Of a stretch of DNA of 64,000 nucleotides, positions 13,374 through 24,593 are shown in pieces (positions within the stretch are counted from its first letter, which is position 1; the number at the start of each line of letters is the position of its first letter). The DNA is taken from NCBI GenBank assembly GCA_028534125.1, contig CM052816.1, forward strand, positions 6,264,001-6,328,000, in the 5' to 3' direction. A model generated the notes under the pieces. That model saw only the letters and a program-made list of their open reading frames with translations. It made no database searches and was not told the origin of the DNA. Source of the DNA: Lama glama (lineage: Eukaryota). The position numbers were made by a program, and so were the translations under genes.

Positions 13374-13914
13374 TGATGCAGGAAAAACAGATGTGGGGTG
13401 TGAGGAGGTCTCGATTGAGCCCCTGGAACGTGCCCTGCCAAGTGTGGGTCTTTGGCTTCACACAGGAAAGAATTCAAGTGTGAGCCACCGTTGAGTAGAG
13501 GTAGATTTATTTAGAGAGATACATACTGCATAAAGTACAAGGCAAGAGAAAGGCAAGGAAAAAGGTGTGGGGATTGGGTGCTGAGGTAGGTGCACACTCC
13601 ATAGACAGAGTGTGGGCCGCCTCCAAAGCGGAGAGAGCGAAAAAGGCCACTAGGCGTGGTGGTGTCAGTTTTTTATGGTCTCAGCTTCACAGGCCTATAG
13701 GTGGGACCATTGCGGTTATCCTTGGGACTGTCATGGCACCTGCAGGCATGTTATTTATCACGTTGTTACCATAAGCATATAATGAAGCTCAAGGTCTACT
13801 AGAAGTTAAACCTCTTAATCCTCAAGGCCAACCAGGAGCTGGTGAATCTTCCACCATTTTGGTGTTAAATTGCTGTCATTCCTTCAGTGCCCTGCCCGCT
13901 TCCATCCTGCCTCA
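13374..13914 (-). mobile_element. MER41-like ERV1 solo LTR, copy 1 (STAT-motif block deleted)
   Basis: Inverted termini tgatgcaggaa/atcctgcctca; perfect 4-bp TSD TTTG (13370-13373, 13915-13918); colinear with the copy at 48191-48833. Confidence 0.85.
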
Positions 13915-15236
13915 TTTGTAGTACAAAAATATGTGTTCCCTTCTTTAATAAGGAGAAGTTGTTGTTGGTTTGCTTTTTTTTTTTTTTAACTCAACAGAAG
14001 AATGTCTTTTGGTTTTATCACTCAGACAGTGAGGCACTGAGGATTTCATCTATGCTATTATTTAATTTAATTTACTTTAAACAAAGTTTCCAGGATAGCA
14101 AGCAATTCTAATAGTAGTTCTTTTTATTGCTTATGTATGTTTTTGTTGTTTTGTTTTTTCCTGTTATTTTGTGGGGTTTTTTTGCTTTTGCCTTCCATAA
14201 TACATTTCTTCTCAAGCCTCCATTCTTGCATGGTTTAAATATTTCTTCAGAATATCCCTAATGGCATGTTTTGTTTAGGGGGAGGAAAAAATGTCTGGTT
14301 GATACTCACTTTTGACCTTGAGTGTTATTTTGGACTCTCTGATTTGCAGGACATACAGATCCAAGAAATGGTGATGGCTTTATGTTTTTATAAATGTCAA
14401 GTTAAATGGCTGATACTTCTCCTACTTTGAGGTTTAGAGAATTAGAATTTCAAGCTGAGTGCAAATAATCCAGTTATGAAATTAAGTGTATTATCTGACA
14501 CTATGAAAGACATTGTCCATGTTAAATACTATTTAGAAAGTTAAACAAAACCCTAGGTGCAAATAAACAGAAAGAACTCTCCCTCATATAATGAGCTCAC
14601 ATCAAGTAGTGTATATGCAGCGTGGGAAATAGATTCATTTAGGCATTTAGATTTTGCCTGTGAAGACAAGTGTTCAGCTAGTCTGATACGAATGACAACT
14701 ATTTCCATCAATCACCCAGACTCTCAGAGTTTTATATGAAGTCTATTCATAGTGATTTTTTTCATTTGTTTTCAAGTGAATGTCATCCCTATAGTTAATC
14801 AGTTCTGTTTTTGTCCCCTACTTAAGTTCTTTGCGTATAGACATAGTTAGTTCATATTTTGACTTGTCACATCATTCAGGGTCCAGCTATTTCTGTCTGT
14901 CATCCCGACTATCAGTGACAGTATTTACCCAATTTTGTGGAAGAACCATCAAATTCAGACTATTTGGTCGGAAGTTTTCTTTTAGAAGAAGAAATTCGAT
15001 AATATTAAAGAATACAAATGTGTTACTTGCCTCCAGCCCCCTTCCGTTTTAACCCATTTTTAAATCCAGTGTTCATTGCTCATTAGGATGTTAAGCAGTA
15101 ACTAACTTCGGTATCACAAAACCAGATCTTTAGTCTTCCCCCTTGAAAGGTATTCTTTTTTTAACTTGCATTCACGTTGCACCTGGCTTTGTTTACTCAG
15201 TTATTCTTGCTTATGTTTGCCCTGGCCGGCCTGTAG

Positions 15237-15336
15237 CACTTCTCAGAGTGGAAAGACGGCTTTTATAGGAGCGGCTGAAGTCGCAGTGGGGGAGCCGTAG
15301 GCCACAGAGCGACCTGAAAGCGAGGCTCGATGGCAG
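15237..15336 (+). other. Candidate exon or CpG-enriched regulatory element
   Basis: Acceptors at 15236/15246; donor CAG|GTGAAA at 15336; about 8 CpGs in ~110 bp; TGTTTAC forkhead motif at ~15190. Confidence 0.25.
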
Positions 15337-15875
15337 GTGAAAATGTGATTCTGAGAGGTGTGACGGCAGTTTTGAAGCCATAATGTGTTGTCGTCTTACC
15401 CCCAAGTGACCATGTGCACCTGCTCTCTCTCCAGATATTTACATATTCTCAGAATATCACTGTTTAAAAAAAATACCGTTAAGTTCTCTCATATCAAATT
15501 GAATTTCAGAAGTGGCTCAGGCAACAATAAAATGGTGATAAATGTGCTGGGAAGAAAGCAAAATGCTTTTTTTGAATAGATTCAAAGGATTTTCAGTTGG
15601 AAGGTTCTAAAGAGGTCCTTCCTCCCACCCCACCCCCAGGAAGCCTAATAACCAGAAAGAATCAGGCTCAGTTGTGCAGATTCACAGAAGCCTTTAGACC
15701 TGGACTTCCCCCTCTAAGCTTAGGCTAATGAAGAGTTCTGTTTTCTTCTGGTTCTAATAGTCTTTACGCTTTCCTATCATTCTCATGATCACTCCTCTAA
15801 TATCACAGGAGCGAACTACTCAGGGGTTTTGTTTCCTTTTTGCTGGAGAACCCTGTGATGAAGATACAGGTTAAG

Positions 15876-16372
15876 TGTTAGGGAGGGAAAAATTTTTCCC
15901 CAGTACTCTTGATTCTTTGGGCTGTTCTTATAATTGAATTGACACAAGGCAGGTTAACAGGAGGGGGAAAAAAGAAAAAAAATCCCATGGGAGCTCATAG
16001 AAATAGGAGACTCAAAGAAGTGACAAAAGCAGATAGCTTTTATACTATTTGGACACAAATAAATAAATAAAATTGTAAACAATTGACAAGACAAAGGAGT
16101 TTGGACTCAAGATAGTAAATTATACAGAAGAGTGGTAAATTAGGGAGTGAAGAAGTAATAAGGTTTGTTTATACACCCTTTTCTGGTGATAAAGGTTTCC
16201 TTCTACCTCCTGGTACAGGGAGGGCACCTTTGGTAAGATTTATTTCCTGCTTTCAAGGGGGACTAAGAAAATGTCCCCCTTGTTTATCAGCTGTTTCTTA
16301 ATTAACTTTAATTCAAAATAATCAATACGCCAAAGTAGTATATTTGGGGGCAGCCTGCCCTGAACCCCATCA
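15876..16372 (-). mobile_element. MER34-like ERV1 solo LTR
   Basis: Reverse complement starts tgatggggttcagggcaggctgcccccaaatatactactttggcgtattgattattttgaatt; TSD taag/tagg. Confidence 0.8.
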
Positions 16373-16530
16373 TAGGGAAAAAATGAAGCAAGTATTCTGT
16401 ATTAGTAGTAGTAGTCATTATTATACAAGTATCATCCTATAATAGTAGTAGTGGTCATTATTATAATGCTCATAATAGTCTTTACTTGAAATAAGTGCAG
16501 CCAAGCTTTTTGCTGAGAGATTTACTCACA

Positions 16531-16981
16531 TTCTTGGACTCCTTAATCAACTGAAATTGATAAGAGGCCAGATGAGAAATTCAGGCAAGGCTTTTTTGGG
16601 ACTCATGCTGCAGCAGGAGGTAGTGAAAACAAGTAACGGGTTCCCTTGCTCCCTCCCCGAGGGGGACATGTGAGGGTAGGGGTGGGTGCAGAGGTCTGAC
16701 CAGAGAGGTGGCTTAGGTGGTCTTCCTGCCCCCTTGGAGGGGCTGTGTGGAGGGATCATGCTCAGTACCCTGCTTTTCCTCCTGACGTCTCGGCTGTGGC
16801 AGCTGGGTTTTGGCCTTTTGTGTCTTGTTGTCCATATCTTGCCCCAACGGTGCATGCACACAGTTTTTTTTGTTTGTTTTTGTCTTTAAGTCCCTTACAG
16901 TTTCTTTGTATTCTGTTGCTTGAGGAGATGTTTGTCCATGTGCAAGCACTGCAGCAAAGGGTCCCAGGTCCAAGCCTGTCA
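16531..16981 (-). mobile_element. Cetartiodactyl ERV solo LTR inserted in a MIR
   Basis: Reverse complement starts tgacaggcttggacctgggaccctttgctgcagtgcttgcac; MIR halves at ~16440-16530 and ~16982-17110. Confidence 0.75.
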
Positions 16982-17494
16982 AATTGTGGTCATGATTGTC
17001 ACCATGTTTCCTTTGAGAAAAATGACTCTACCAGGTTAAATAGTTGCCTGAGGTCATCCTGCAAGTTAATGGCCCCGTCCACTATCTGACCCATGGTACC
17101 CTGCCTTCAGAACTGACCTCATTACTGGCAATCATTCACTGATACTCTGGTCTTGGAAAGTGGATCTGTGTAAGGTAAGACTTTTGAAATATGGATATCA
17201 TAAATTGTAAGTAGGGTATGTTTTGGTTTATTGGAAGTTTGGTCACCACTGGAAGCCTCTGGAATTGGAGTTACTGGTCATGGAATGTCAAAAAAAAAAA
17301 CTATAATTAAGACTCAGCCTGTTTTGAAGATACTTGTAGTTTGATATAGGAAATAAACAATGACCAAACTGCTACCAAAATTATTATGTGCTTACTATAG
17401 TTCAATATTAGGAGGGATATAGTGGGCTAGAAATGCTTACAATAGGAGAGCCCTATCTTGCCTGTGTATTTTTTTTTCCCCTCTTTTTCTTCCT

Positions 17495-17910
17495 AGCAGC
17501 ATCTGCCTCTCATCTTAGAAGCTAAAAATAAAATTTGTTTCCCCACTTCCTTAGCAGATAGAAAAAAAGACATGTAACCAATGCTGGCCAGTTGGAGCTG
17601 AGAAGCTGTGGAGGTGCTTCTGGGAAATGTTTGACATCCTGATAAAGACAGACCTGGAGGAAGGACCTCCCCCATCTCTGGAAGCTGAGGGTCTCCCTGT
17701 GATGCCAGGACAGCTGTAACTCTCTTAGGAACATAAGGCAAGAGTAGACAGATGGGAAGAACTAGGGACCAGATGAGATGACTGACCTCCTGAGATAACC
17801 CTGGGACTCTATCCCCAGATGGGTCTTTATTTGAGAAATTATATTGACTTTTGTTTAAACCATTTAAATTTCAGTGTGATCTTGCTTGCAGCTGAAAACT
17901 TCATAAATAA
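17495..17910 (+). mobile_element. Old MLT1 (I/J-type) LTR within an antisense L2 (~17300-18330)
   Basis: ttgtttaaaccattt...cttgcagctgaaaac MLT1 3' end; L2 motifs such as gccagatcatataaggattgtaggccat downstream. Confidence 0.65.
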
Positions 17911-18503
17911 TGAGGTTTTCTGAAGAAGAGGTTTTGTTGGTTAGATGTAGAAGAGGTAAGAAGAGTTTCAGGTAAGAGCAGGTTGGAAGGTAAAAGAGGT
18001 TTGTGATATTTGTAAAGTGGAAATTAGAACAGTATGAAATAGAGTTAAAAATACAAGAGGGAAATTGGTGCAGAATGACTCTAGAGAAGTAAGCAGATGC
18101 CAGATCATATAAGGATTGTAGGCCATGGAGAGGGAATTGAACCTAAGAGTAGGAAAGTTTTTCAGAGGGTTTAAGCCAGACTGAGATCTGCTAAACACCA
18201 TGGCTTGGAGTAAGCAGGAGCACTGGTGGGAGTGGAAGAAAGTATGGAAAACTGAGGAACAGAAATGAAAAAAGAGAGGGACTTGCAGTGTGGCTGTTTA
18301 GTTAGGACGGAGATCAAGCAGGAGTTTGCAGATCATTCAAAAGTAAGCTGTTCTGCTCAGGTGGGCATGGGGTGTGCAACTCTGGCTGTGGACTTTGTCT
18401 TCATCCCTGACCTCAGCCCTGCATAAATGCGTGGCCATGTGGATCTTCAGAACACTGAGGTAGTTGGTGTCTTCTCTGCCCTTCTCCAACATCTTACTTT
18501 GTT

Positions 18504-19035
18504 GTTACTGTTTTTTAACTGAAGTATAGTTAATTTACAATGTTGTGTTAGTTTCTGGTGTACAGCATAGTGATTACATATATGTATATGTATCCTTTTT
18601 CAGATTCTTTTCCATTATGGTTTATTACAAGATACTGAATATAGTTCCCTGCATTATACAGTAGGACTTTGCTGTTTATGTATTTTGTATATAGTAGTTT
18701 GTATCTGCTAATCAGTCCCGAACTTCTAATTTATCCTTCCCCACTATCTTTCCCCTTTGATAGCCATAAGTTGGTTTTCTGTGTCTGTGAGTCAGTTTCT
18801 GTTTTGTAAATAAGATCATTTGTCTAATTTCTTAAAGATTCTACATATAAGTGATACCATTAGAATATTTGTCTTTCTCTGTCTGGTTTACTTCACTTAG
18901 CCTGATAATCTCTAGATCCGTCCATGTTTCTGCAAAAGGGCTTAACTTCCAGAATATATGAACAGCTCATACAACTCAATAACAACATCAGAGAAAGACA
19001 CCCCAATCAAACAGTGGGCAGAAGACCTAAACAAA
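18504..19035 (-). mobile_element. Cetartiodactyl L1, 5'-truncated with 5' inversion
   Basis: Antisense 3' end to ~18935, then a sense ORF2-region segment ~18936-19035; TSD atcttactttgtt (18491-18503)/accttgctttgtt (19036-19048). Confidence 0.9.
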
Positions 19036-19394
19036 ACCTTGCTTTGTTTTAGAGAACGTGGTAGCTGAGACTGTGACCTACACCTGCCCAAAGTCTCACA
19101 TGAATTAGACACATACTTGGGCCTGGAACCCTAGCCTCTCGACTCCCAGTCAAACAGTCTTTCCACATGGTCCCTTTCCCTGGAAATTGTTCCTAGAAGA
19201 TTGATAAGACCTGAGTGGGACATTACTTTACTGTATGAATCATTTGTCTACTAACCAGTTGTGGTCTCTGATTTTTATCTTTCCCCTCTCATGAACTTGC
19301 TGATGATCAGAGGGCAAAATATGGAAAATAAGCTAAGAAACATACAAGTAATGGGGCAAAAATATTGGGAAAGATCAGAAGTGGACAATATGGG

Positions 19395-19521
19395 CCATCC
19401 AAGGGCAAGGAACGTCAGGCTGATGAGCTGGCTGGGTGGTACCTAAAAACCACGTACCCCTGAAGGGGAAGCTGGTGCTCATCCTAAGCCAGTTGTTGCC
19501 CTATGGGAATGTAGGTGCCGG
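19395..19521. mobile_element. MER102-like hAT-Charlie fragment
   Basis: agccagttgttgccctatgggaatgtaggtgccggtg. Confidence 0.5.
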
Positions 19522-19752
19522 TGTTACCGAATCCAAACTTGTTCTGCTCGCCACATGTAAGGCCAATAAATCGGGAGATGAGGTGTTGGGGCAAGGAGTA
19601 GTGACTTTATTCCAAAAGCCAGCAGACCAAGAAGATGGTAGACCAATGTCCTGGAGAGCCATATTTTCCAAGTCAGATTTCAGGCTCCTTTTATACCAAA
19701 AAGGGGAGAGGGTGTGGTTGATTGTTGCAAACTTCTTGGTGTTAGAATCGTT
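19522..19752 (-). mobile_element. Truncated cetartiodactyl ERV LTR
   Basis: Starts tgttaccgaatcc; antisense polyA signal actttattcc; no matching CA end. Confidence 0.7.
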
Positions 19753-20720
19753 TTTCAGCTTCCAGTGGCTGCCAACATTCTTTGGCTTGTGGCCACATCA
19801 CTCCTATCTTCAAAGCTATCATCTTCAAACCTCTCTCTGTTCCATCTTTTTATTGCCTTCCCCTCTGCATCTGACATGTCTCCCTCTGCCTCTATATTAC
19901 AAAGATATACATGACGGAATTGAAGTTCTGCCCTGGTAATGCAAGATAATTTCCTCCTCTTAAAACCCTTAAGTGACATTTGCAACGAATTTTCTTGCAT
20001 ATAAGGTAATATTTACAGATTCTATTAGAGCAGACAGATACGTCTATATATGAGCAGAGAAAAGGGACTGCAGACCAAATGGAAGAAATTGGGCAGAAAG
20101 GAACGGGCCAAATACAGGAAACCATGCATCATATGAACATCAGGGGTCCCTAGGTAGACAAAGAAAAGCAGGAACTTCTGGGCTGATAAGTGATCACACA
20201 TTTTGGGGTGATAAATGGCCTGGAGGTTGACAAAGAAAGGTGGGAAAAGGCAGGAGTCTCTAGTGTCCAAATGTAGCCTTTTTCTCATTATGCCCTCATT
20301 TCAATAAAATTAGCTTTGCAGATTAGAAGTACCCATCATGCATTGACGCCATGACACTTCTTATCCAGACTAAATAAGGACAAAAATCCCTCCTTCCTTC
20401 TGGAGGGTGGAGTTGGGATGAAAATCAGGGAATATGACCCCAAACCCTTTCTTTCCCAGAGAATATTCTGCCCATTCATTTTTACACTCTGTGTAACCAA
20501 CTTGCCAAAGAAACTCGGCACAGCTGCTCACCTGAGCCTGCCCGCTCTCGCCCTGAGAGTATACTGTCCATCCCTTAATAAACCCTCACTTCACTTTCTT
20601 AACCTCTGTGTCTCATTGCTGAATTGTTTCTGCAGTGAGACAAGAACTTAATCACTAGCAACATCTCCATGAGTTAGAACATGAATATATTTTGGGGAGT
20701 GGGGTTTTCGCTTATCATAT
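19753..20720 (-). mobile_element. MLT1 MaLR LTR, split by an ERV LTR
   Basis: cagcttccagtggctgccaacattctttggcttgtggcc...taaggtaatatttacagattc, resuming at 20664. Confidence 0.8.
20023..20663 (+). mobile_element. ERV1-type solo LTR
   Basis: cccttaataaaccc polyA signal; ends ...gaacttaatcactagcaaca; interrupts the MLT1. Confidence 0.75.
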
Positions 20721-21305
20721 AAACATCTTACATTACTTTGCTTATTTAAGAAGGTTTTATACCTTTTTTATCTAATATTTCAAATCAAAGCATGTACCTT
20801 AGAATGATTTTTGAAGTTAGTAGTTCTGGGTATAAATCTGTACTTCAAAAAATCCTTACTGGTATGTGTATATTTTCCTGAGTTCTTAGCAGAAGTGGTT
20901 AGATCTTCACTGTTTCTACTTCCTCATATGGCAGATATAGCAGCTCTGTAGAGGTGGCGATTCTGCCATTTCCTTGGTGTTGCATCATTTGTACCGTCAA
21001 TCTGTGTTTTCCTAATGCCACTTGTTACTTCTTTAAAGTTTTCCTCATCTAGTTGTAGCTAAACTAATCTGTAAGTCCGTTTAACCTGGCGCAGTTGAAG
21101 TGTGATATTTCACAATACACAGAGAGCATAAAAAATAAGTAAGGTCATCCTTGTAGCCCCCTCTGTCATGGAGCCCCCAGCCTTTCCTCAGGTTGCCTGG
21201 ATGCCTTGTGTGACTTCCTCTAATATAAAGGGCAGAATAACTGTGCTAGTGTCAATCCGTGAACTTAATATCAGTAAAACTCAGTATCTAAATTTAGATT
21301 TATGA

Positions 21306-21684
21306 TGCATCTAAGTCTTAGGCTGGATTCCCCGGAAGGGTTCTTGGCAAGCAATCTACTAAGGAGGTGCTCTGAAATAAACCCACAAGGGAGCAAAGGA
21401 AACAGGATTGTGCAGGGAGCTGTACTGCAGTGGTTGTATCTCCCAGAGGTAATGGGGTCTGGAGAGTTACACCCCAACATCACTGTTTCATTATGACCGC
21501 CATCCCCAGGAAAGGCACAACTTCCAAGGCATCCTCTTGGCAAGGTGGTTCCTGTCAATCAAGGGCAGTCCTCTGGACAGTAGTGCAGATTGGTGCCATT
21601 ATCCGCCATCTGCAGCAGCTGGAAGAGAGGTGCTCCAGCCAGGTGAAGGGAAATCTGGGTGGGATACCATCAGCCTCTATTACA
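21306..21684 (-). mobile_element. LTR16-like ERVL LTR
   Basis: tcttaggctggattcccc...gaagggaaatctgggtgggataccatcagcctctattaca. Confidence 0.65.
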
Positions 21685-21747
21685 AAATGTGAATGGAAAT
21701 TGGGTGTTTTATTCCAGTAGCCTACTCTGAAGACCGCTAGCCTAGAG

Positions 21748-21960
21748 AAAGTCCTCCGCCTTGGCACTAGTGATGGTTTTGGCCAGATAGTGCTCTGTGG
21801 TTGGCAGCTGTCTTGTGCATTGTGTCTTGCTGAGCAGTGCCCAGCTTTATCCACTAGATGCCCACTTGGAACTATATCCTCCACCCTGACACGCTGTGAT
21901 AATATAAATGACTTTATCGTGGGGGAAATTGATGTCCTACCAACACAGAGAGACCTTTCC
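21748..21960 (-). mobile_element. MER20 hAT-Charlie
   Basis: ggccagatagtgctctgtgg...ctgtcttgtgcattgt...tatccactagatgcc. Confidence 0.7.
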
Positions 21961-22493
21961 ATGTCAATATGGAAAGGAAACGAATTGATTATTGAATTAG
22001 CAGTGTCCACATGTATGTAGGTAGCCTGTGAGAGACTACGAAGTAAACAAAGTCACAACACTTATACAGCAACACGAGCATGAAGTTTTCTTGAGAATTA
22101 AAGTAGCTATTGAATTGACTGTCCACCTCTGAAAGGCGTTTTGATTCCCCTTGAAGGACATTTACATCTTGACATGGGCTTTTGTGTTAACCCCACTGCG
22201 AGGGGGCACAAGCCTTCGGCACGGGCGACCTCTCTCCACTGTAGGTGGAGCTTTTCTTCTCTTGGGAGATACTCGTCTAGAATCCTAGTGTGAGAGAAAG
22301 GACTCAGTCCCACTCTGTCTTTCAGGAGACTCTTCAAAGTGGGTAAGAGAGGGCAGTGCCTCATTTTTCTTCATAGGCAAAGAAAACTTATTTTAAAATG
22401 TTCACCTACACCAAATGTGAGATTGGCAAATGTCCCCTCGGGGACAAGCTGAATCCCAGTTGAGAACCATAGCCTAGAGCGAAGGGTAACAGG

Positions 22494-22914
22494 GTTAGCG
22501 GTCAGGTGGCCACACGAGGTCAAAGAAGAACTTGGATAAAGCCACGTGAAGAAAGCAAGCTTTACGTAAAAAGCAGCTTTGTCTTGGACAGGTTAAATAA
22601 GATACAGAGGCAGTCAGATGAAGGAGGCTGTGATGCCGTGGAGGCCTAGGCACACCAACCCAGGATCTGAAACCTCAGGGTTCTAGGGTGGAAACCTACG
22701 GGTGAGCCATCACGGACAGCCAAGTAGGCTTAGGACGACAGCCCGTCAGTGGTTTCCTTGCCACATGTCCTCCTTTTCTCTGTAAAATCTCTCCCTGGGC
22801 TCCTGTCAGGGGAGCACTCCTAACCACTTCTGGCTTGATGTTGCCTGTTGGAAATTAATTTTTGTTCAAATAAACTCTTAATTTTTTTAATAGGTTTCAA
22901 TTTGTCTTCTGATA
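22494..22914 (+). mobile_element. Old ERV1 LTR (MER89/90/110-like 3' end)
   Basis: tcaaataaactcttaattttttt...tttgtcttctgata. Confidence 0.55.
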
Positions 22915-23776
22915 GTTCAAGACTGTTCCTCTGATTTGGGCCTTGTTTTATTACTATTAAATGCTAGTATTACTGCTGTTTTGAAGGCCCAGTATTAAAG
23001 CAAAATGGGAGTGAGTTTCTATAAAAGAGAGTTTTAGACGTGTCCTCTCATCTTCTTTTTATAGTTTGGGGTCAGGCTATGGCGATTATTCCGTCTGGTC
23101 AGGAATAGACTGAATGGCCTATATTATACTAATTGCCTTTCCTTGTTCTCTTTGTTTTCTTAGGAAATTGCTTTTGAACACTTGGCTAACCTTTTATTTT
23201 CCTTAGTTCTTTTTCATGGCTGCCTGGTAGAAATCGAGTTTCCTTTATTGAATATATTTAAGACCTGGTTTCCTTTATCTGCTGTATCCCAGATTTATAA
23301 GTTGGGCTCTTTAAAGCACAGTGCAAGATTTAAAGATGGCAAGAAACCACCAGCCACTCTAGATTTACCCATGTCCTCCACCATCCAGTGTGATTTAGGA
23401 ATGTCACAAATAGCCCATGAAACCGTAAGGGAAAACCATAGCTATTATTCTGATCATTATAGGACGTTGGTTTTGATGATAGTAGAAGGAAAGTGAAATT
23501 GGGAGGAAATTTAAAAAGACATAGTGATACTTGGCAGTGAATTGTTCGTGTATTCCTCAGGGATGTCCCTTGTTTTGAGGAAGGCTTTGAGACTGGATGT
23601 TTTCTCCTCCTGTTCATGTCTGAGATAGAGTATGGCCTCTGCATTTTTACCTTCTAACAGTAAGATATCAAAACCTTAGAAGAGAGGGTCTTGGTACAGG
23701 CACTTCCTACAGATTCACAAAGTAGATGCATATTGAAATGGCATCTGTCCGTGCACAGCGCCGTTAGAATTCTGGT

Positions 23777-23964
23777 GTTGGGGAGGAACACCAGCTCTGC
23801 CCTTCTAGGTTCTTCTGGCTGGCCTAAGAATTAAACTGATGTGAGAGATTACCAGGAGAAAAATCAAATTTAATTTCATATATATGGGAACCCTACTTAA
23901 AGGAGAGGTTCAGAGACTTCATATACTTGAGAGGCTCAGATACAGAAGAGTAAAATGAGGTATA
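23777..23964 (-). mobile_element. ERV1 LTR fragment (MER34-group-like)
   Basis: ggcctaagaattaaactgatgtgagagattaccaggagaaaa parallels the LTR at 15876. Confidence 0.6.
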
Positions 23965-24093
23965 CATAGTAGATCCTTGAAAAATGTGGGGGTTGGGACA
24001 CCACCCCCTAAATAGTTGAAAATCTGCCTGTCACTGATCAGTCTGTCCTGTGTATTTGTGGTTCCATGTTCATGGATTCAACCAACTGTAGAT
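23965..24093 (+). mobile_element. Tigger1-derived MITE running into the gap
   Basis: TA then catagtagatccttgaaaaatgtgggggtt...gttgaaaatctg...ggattcaaccaac. Confidence 0.7.
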
Positions 24094-24593
24094 NNNNNNN
24101 NNNNNNNNNNNNNNNNNNNNNNNNNNNNNNNNNNNNNNNNNNNNNNNNNNNNNNNNNNNNNNNNNNNNNNNNNNNNNNNNNNNNNNNNNNNNNNNNNNNN
24201 NNNNNNNNNNNNNNNNNNNNNNNNNNNNNNNNNNNNNNNNNNNNNNNNNNNNNNNNNNNNNNNNNNNNNNNNNNNNNNNNNNNNNNNNNNNNNNNNNNNN
24301 NNNNNNNNNNNNNNNNNNNNNNNNNNNNNNNNNNNNNNNNNNNNNNNNNNNNNNNNNNNNNNNNNNNNNNNNNNNNNNNNNNNNNNNNNNNNNNNNNNNN
24401 NNNNNNNNNNNNNNNNNNNNNNNNNNNNNNNNNNNNNNNNNNNNNNNNNNNNNNNNNNNNNNNNNNNNNNNNNNNNNNNNNNNNNNNNNNNNNNNNNNNN
24501 NNNNNNNNNNNNNNNNNNNNNNNNNNNNNNNNNNNNNNNNNNNNNNNNNNNNNNNNNNNNNNNNNNNNNNNNNNNNNNNNNNNNNNNNNNNNN
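24094..24593. other. Assembly gap (500 N)
   Basis: Run of n; a round length suggests a placeholder size. Confidence 1.

Noticed and set aside
16400..16470. Two ~25-bp direct repeats (tagtagtagt.gtcattattata), superficially CRISPR-like
   Set aside because: Only two units in a low-complexity MIR tail in mammalian DNA; no cas genes
17111..17174. 64-nt exon-like segment (ttcag...AAG|GTAAGA)
   Set aside because: Short pyrimidine tract at a MIR edge; such donors are frequent by chance
19436..19939. 167-aa ORF
   Set aside because: Spans three unrelated repeats (MER102-like, ERV LTR, MLT1); chance ORF
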